A stretch of DNA of 64,000 bases from NCBI GenBank assembly GCA_963806225.1, contig CAWDXG010000004.1:2784001-2848000 (forward strand), in the 5' to 3' direction. Positions within the stretch are counted from its first letter, which is position 1. The number at the start of each line of letters is the position of its first letter. This document shows, piece after piece, positions 59,537-64,000 of this stretch. The notes beneath the pieces are model-generated. The model did no database searches and had not been told where the DNA came from. It saw only the letters and a list, made by a program, of their open reading frames with translations. This stretch comes from an uncultured delta proteobacterium. Lineage in GTDB: Bacteria > Myxococcota_A > Polyangia > Polyangiales > Polyangiaceae. A program made the translations under genes and the position numbers.

Positions 59537-60544
59537 CTACCAGCGATTCACGACCTTTTCGGCGAATCCGGGCACGCGCTCGATCTGGAGCGCGGAGTCG
59601 TCGTCGAGCACGACCTGACCGGAGTAGTGGCCGAAGACCTGGTGCTGCATCGAGCGGAAGACGCCGAGGTTGATGTCGGCGTTGCGGTCGAGGACGGGGT
59701 GGAAGTCCATCTCGAGGCGGCCGTTGTTGCTGGACAAGCGCCAGGGCCGGAGCCAGTCGTCGATGTGGAAGTCGACCCGGTCGAGCTTGTGGCCGACGCC
59801 GTCGATGAACACGATGTTCTCGGTGTGCGTCGAGAGGTCGCCGAAGCCGTAGCCGATATTCCAGCCCACGCGGCGGCCGTCCACGCGCCCCGAGGCCGAA
59901 CCCCAGTACCAGGAGTTCGAGTACGGCCACACGCCGCGGCCCCAGTCGAGCACGCCCATGCTCGACTCCGGTGTGAAGGGCCGCAGGCTGCCGCCGAGGC
60001 GCACCTCGCCTTCGACCAGCAGGCAGTTGACCTTCTGGTTATAGTAGAAGCCGCTCGGGTGACCGGCAAAGGGCGTGGCGACGACCAGCGAGTCGTCCGC
60101 TTCCTCGCTGCGCAGCACCAGGCGCGCCTCGAGCGCCTCGCGCCCCCGGAAGCGCGGCCAGTCGATGGCGATCTCGCGCTCGCCCGGCCGCCTGAGCACG
60201 CGCACGGAGCGCCTGCCCCAGCGCACGGCCACATCGCCTTGCATCGACGAAGCCGGTAGCTTCATCCGCCCGCGGGTGAACGGGCGCAGCATGTCCGAGC
60301 TCTTGAAGGTGCGCGCCTGGAAGTCGAGCCACACCACGCTGACGAGCCCCACGTAGCCGAGGTCGGCGACCGTGAGTGCCAGGCCGTAGTCGTCGCAGAG
60401 GACGCAGTAGTAGTCCCACTCCTTCAGGCGACCGCGTACGCGAGCGGGGTCGTAGGCGAGCAGTGGGCGGCGCGCCCAGCCACGCTGCAAGAGCGCGCCC
60501 GACGCATCGAGTAGCGGACCGGGGGAGGTGATCTCGTTCTGCAT
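59537..60544 (-). CDS. DUF2804 family protein
   Basis: MQNEITSPGPLLD, KEWDYY, FYYNQK, LDWGRGVW, HQVFGHYSG, GFAEKVVNRW. Confidence 0.85.
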   Translation of the reverse strand: MQNEITSPGPLLDASGALLQRGWARRPLLAYDPARVRGRLKEWDYYCVLCDDYGLALTVADLGYVGLVSVVWLDFQARTFKSSDMLRPFTRGRMKLPASSMQGDVAVRWGRRSVRVLRRPGEREIAIDWPRFRGREALEARLVLRSEEADDSLVVATPFAGHPSGFYYNQKVNCLLVEGEVRLGGSLRPFTPESSMGVLDWGRGVWPYSNSWYWGSASGRVDGRRVGWNIGYGFGDLSTHTENIVFIDGVGHKLDRVDFHIDDWLRPWRLSSNNGRLEMDFHPVLDRNADINLGVFRSMQHQVFGHYSGQVVLDDDSALQIERVPGFAEKVVNRW

Positions 60545-60722
60545 GTGGCTCCAGAGAACGCTGCCAGCGTGGTTTCCAACATCGGCCAAGTGCAATCGCG
60601 GCAAGCCTGCGAGGCCTGGGCCGCGCAACGGCTGCGAGCGCGCAAGGGTTGCGCGATGGTCGCCCCCGGACGGAGAGCGGCCACGGCGCTCCGGGCACGC
60701 GCGTTGCTTCGGAATCGGGGTG

Positions 60723-61526
60723 ATGTCCGGACCCATCGGCCCCTACGAGGTGATTGTACCGCCCCTCGACCGCCAGCTCGCCATGGACGCCTTTGCGGCG
60801 GTGCCCGCGGGCCATCCGATGGTGGCGCTGCTGGAGCTGGACGTGACCGACGCGCTGGCGGCGATCGACGAGCGCAGGCATAGCGGCGTCCGCGTATCGC
60901 TGTTCGCGTTCGTCGTGCGCTGCATCGCGGTCGCCATCGCGGAGCACCCCGACCTGAACCTGGTGCGGCATCGGCGGCGGCTGGTGCGCTTCGAGGATGT
61001 CGACGTGAGCGTGCCGGTGGAGGTGCGCACGGCCGATGGCGACTTTCCGCGCGAAGTCGTGATCCGCCGCGCGCAGGACCGGAGCGCCCCCGACATCTAC
61101 GCCGAGCTCGAGGCGGCGCGGACCCGCCACGACCAGACCGGCGAGTTGGGCGCCGAGGACCGCTGGTCGCGCAAGGCCATGCGATCCGTCCGCTGGCTGC
61201 CGGCGTCGGTTCGCAGGGGAATCATCCGGCTCATCGTGCAGAGCGCGTTCCGCATCAAGGTGCGGGCCGGAACCACGCTGGTCACGAGCGTCGGCAAGTT
61301 CGCGGCGATCCCGGGGCATTCGTTCACGTTCTCGACCGGCCCGCGCGCCGCGGTCTTCGTCCTGGGCGGCGTGGTCGACAAGCCCTGGGCGCATGCCGGG
61401 CAGATCGCCTTGAGGTCGGTGCTGTCGCTCTCGGTCATCGTGGACCACGACCTCGTCGACGGCGCACCGGCGGCGCGTTTCGCCCAGCGGCTGCGCGAGC
61501 TCATCGAGTCGGCAGACGGCCTGTGA
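60723..61526 (+). CDS. Stand-alone 2-oxoacid dehydrogenase E2-like acyltransferase (catalytic domain only)
   Basis: ELDVTD, HPDLN, GTTLVTSVG, DHDLVDGAPAARF (HxxxDG); no lipoyl domain. Confidence 0.85.
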   Translation: MSGPIGPYEVIVPPLDRQLAMDAFAAVPAGHPMVALLELDVTDALAAIDERRHSGVRVSLFAFVVRCIAVAIAEHPDLNLVRHRRRLVRFEDVDVSVPVEVRTADGDFPREVVIRRAQDRSAPDIYAELEAARTRHDQTGELGAEDRWSRKAMRSVRWLPASVRRGIIRLIVQSAFRIKVRAGTTLVTSVGKFAAIPGHSFTFSTGPRAAVFVLGGVVDKPWAHAGQIALRSVLSLSVIVDHDLVDGAPAARFAQRLRELIESADGL

Positions 61527-62010
61527 ACGACGCGCCTGCCGACGCCGCGCTCGCCGTCGCCGCGTTTCAACACGGTGAGATACGCCGGCGTGCTCGCCGC
61601 CGCGAGCAAGTGGCGCGCACACGTGGTGCCGCCGCTGCCCACAACGACGCAGGTGCCCGAGGCGCGTAGCCCGGTGCAAAGGAACTGCTAGCCACGCGTA
61701 CACGCGCCGGGGAGCTCGCTGCGCGAACGCGTCACGTCGCGGAGCGCCCCGCTGATGACGGGCCTGGGCTCGGCCGTGTGGCAGTCCGCACTGCCGCCGC
61801 CACGCGTCCGGCCACTCCGCGTGCCGCGTCGCGAAAGCGATAAACCAAGCTCTCGAGCACGAGCGCGATCTGGACGATCGCGCGGCGCCGTTCAATTCTT
61901 GTGCGCGGCGGATTCCCGAGCGATTCTGCGGCGGACGCGAGAAGTAGCCCGGACAGCGGAGCGGCCGCCGACCGCCAGCCGCCCGTTCGCCGGCGCGCCC
62001 GGGGTGCGGC

Positions 62011-63477
62011 TTGGTGCTAGAACAAGCAGCCTTGCCCATACCCGTTTCCCGGAGCGACGTACGCCTTCTTCCCGATCCGCGGCGTGCCATCACCAAGCCG
62101 TTCGTCCCGGGTGACGACTCGCGGATGAAGCGCATCCTGTCGCGCATCCTCGCAATGCCGGCTCCGGTCGTCGCCTCGACCCTCGCCGTCACCTACGAGC
62201 GGTTCTCGCCGCGACACGCCGATCTCACGGCCGCGCTGGAGCGGAGCTTCGATGCGGTGGCACATCTCGTCGCGCAGCCTGAAAACCTCTCCAGCGAGCG
62301 CCGGCGTCTGATCGGCGCGTACTTCAGCCACGAGTACTCCATCGACGCCGCCGCGCTCTGCAACCCCTCGATGGTTCCGGCGCCCAATCAAGACGGCGTC
62401 GCTCCCGGCGAGCTCCGGTTCATCGTGAGCCTGCGCGCCATCGGCGAGGGACACGTGTCCAGCATCGAGTTCCGCTCCGGCGTCGTCGATGCAGAGGGGC
62501 AGATCACGATCGACGAAGCGGGTCCGTTCGCAGCCACCGGACGCCGCCGCGCGCCGCTCTACGAAAAGTACATGTTCCACAAGAAACTCGTGGAGCTGCG
62601 CTCGATCAGCGAGACCGCAGAGCGGGTGCTCGCTGCTTTGCCGGATCACTTCACGATGGAGCAGCTCGACGCGGTCACCCACGAAGTCGCGCGGAGGCTT
62701 GGCGGAGCTCTGGGCGTCACGCAGGCCATCCGCACCATCCACTGGTTGGCCTCCTCCAACTACGAGACGACGTTCGACGACGATTCGAGCCTCGCCGAGC
62801 GCGTCCTGTTTCCTGCCGGCCCGACCGAGAGCCACGGCATGGAGGACGCCCGGTTCGTTCGCTTCATCCGCGACGACGGCACGGCGACGTACTTCGCTCC
62901 GTACACGGCGTTCGACGGCTACCGCATCCTTCCGCAGCTGATCGAGACACCGGACTTCCTGTCGTTCCGGATCGCGACACTCAACGGACCGTGTGCCGCC
63001 AACAAGGGCATCGCGCTGTTTCCGCGCAAGATAGACGGCCGCTTCGTCGCACTGGCGCGCCTGGACAACGAGAACAACCACGTGATCCGCTCGGACAACG
63101 TACGCTTCTGGCACGAGAGCGAGACGCTCCAGACGCCCGAGGCGCCGTGGGAGCTGACGCAGATCGGCAACTCCGGCTCGCCGTTGGAGACCGAAGCGGG
63201 CTGGCTGGTCATTACCCACGGCGTCGGCCCGTTCCGTGAGTACGCCCTGGGGGCGATGCTCCTCGACCTCGACGATCCGGCGCGCGTCATCGGTCGGCTG
63301 CGCGAGCCGCTGCTTTTGCCTGCTGCCGACGAACGCGATGGCTACGTACCGAACGTCGTCTACTCCTGCGGCAGCATGATCTTCCGCGGCCGGCTGATCC
63401 TGCCCTACGGGTTTTCCGATATGGGCGCCCGCATCGCCAGTGTGCGCCTCGACGATCTGCTCGCGGAGCTCCGCTAG
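62011..63477 (+). CDS. GH130-family glycoside phosphorylase/hydrolase
   Basis: EYSIDAAALCNPS, GMEDARF, NKGIALFPRKIDG, THGVG, GYVPNVVYSCG. Confidence 0.92.
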   Translation: MVLEQAALPIPVSRSDVRLLPDPRRAITKPFVPGDDSRMKRILSRILAMPAPVVASTLAVTYERFSPRHADLTAALERSFDAVAHLVAQPENLSSERRRLIGAYFSHEYSIDAAALCNPSMVPAPNQDGVAPGELRFIVSLRAIGEGHVSSIEFRSGVVDAEGQITIDEAGPFAATGRRRAPLYEKYMFHKKLVELRSISETAERVLAALPDHFTMEQLDAVTHEVARRLGGALGVTQAIRTIHWLASSNYETTFDDDSSLAERVLFPAGPTESHGMEDARFVRFIRDDGTATYFAPYTAFDGYRILPQLIETPDFLSFRIATLNGPCAANKGIALFPRKIDGRFVALARLDNENNHVIRSDNVRFWHESETLQTPEAPWELTQIGNSGSPLETEAGWLVITHGVGPFREYALGAMLLDLDDPARVIGRLREPLLLPAADERDGYVPNVVYSCGSMIFRGRLILPYGFSDMGARIASVRLDDLLAELR

Positions 63478-64000
63478 GCGCCCCGGCGCGCGTCACAGAA
63501 GCGCCGGAACAGGCGCGCGAGCTCGGCGGGACGGTAGACATCGCTGGGCTCGATGTCGATGAAGGACGTGTCGGCGCTCGGGGGCACGGGCCCGAGGCGA
63601 CGCCTGGCGAAGGCCTCTACCGAAGCGACAGCGGGCTTGGGAGATGCGTCCGCGCGCCACTGGCCGAAGAACCGCTCGTGGACGGCCGCGTCCAACGGCG
63701 GCGAGCGCCAGATGGCGGGGACGTAGTCCGAGCAGCACCAGAGCATCGCACCGAGGCAGCCGCACGCGTGCAGCGCCGCGAGTGCGCGGTCCACGTAGGC
63801 GGCCGCCGCCTGCTCCTCGACGAGCGCGACTCCTCCTCCGCCTGCGCTGTCGCCGTCGCTGGCCCGGTAGGTGGGCACACCGAATTCGCTGAACACCACG
63901 TCGGTGCCACCACCGAGCCAGCGCGTGACGACGGCGAGAAACGGCAGCAGCGCCTCGTCCGTGGGACCCCGCGCCCAGGACGCGTAGCCGGGGTAGCCGT
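63474..64000 (-). CDS. Clan GH-A (GH5-like) glycoside hydrolase, C-terminal part
   Basis: GYPGYASW, FSEFG nucleophile motif, GAMLWCCSDY, HERFFG; open to the window end. Confidence 0.75.
   Translation of the reverse strand, partial: GYPGYASWARGPTDEALLPFLAVVTRWLGGGTDVVFSEFGVPTYRASDGDSAGGGGVALVEEQAAAAYVDRALAALHACGCLGAMLWCCSDYVPAIWRSPPLDAAVHERFFGQWRADASPKPAVASVEAFARRRLGPVPPSADTSFIDIEPSDVYRPAELARLFRRFCDARRGA

Overview
GC-rich bacterial DNA with strong Myxococcota (Polyangiaceae-like) character: MYXO-CTERM and Kelch proteins, many Cys-rich lipoproteins, Hanks-type Ser/Thr kinases and a PEGA/TPR protein. The taxon is inferred from gene content only. Main contents, left to right: (1) a FliJ/SctO-like coiled-coil gene coupled to a TPR lipoprotein; (2) an alternative complex III (ACIII) operon on the minus strand (actA, small TAT-like ORF, actB, actC, actD-actE fusion, actF, extra monoheme cytochrome c) with no terminal oxidase genes; (3) an upstream NtrC-type two-component system and FAD monooxygenase, with four sigma54 -24/-12 promoter motifs across 18-28 kb; (4) a HemK-paralog / hybrid kinase / REC-GGDEF / kinase / M23 block; (5) a 38-59 kb accessory region full of deletion-scarred gene remnants, including a kinase - PEGA/TPR - Cys-rich lipoprotein module whose lipoprotein N-terminus is tandemly duplicated with a different C-terminal tip; (6) a degenerate IS630 flanked by a ~71-bp duplication; (7) DUF2804, E2-like acyltransferase, GH130 and partial GH5-like genes. 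Several single-base frameshifts (actB, hybrid kinase, GGDEF, IS630) look like long-read consensus errors. No rRNA, tRNA or CRISPR array was recognised. All family calls are by motif recognition, not database search.
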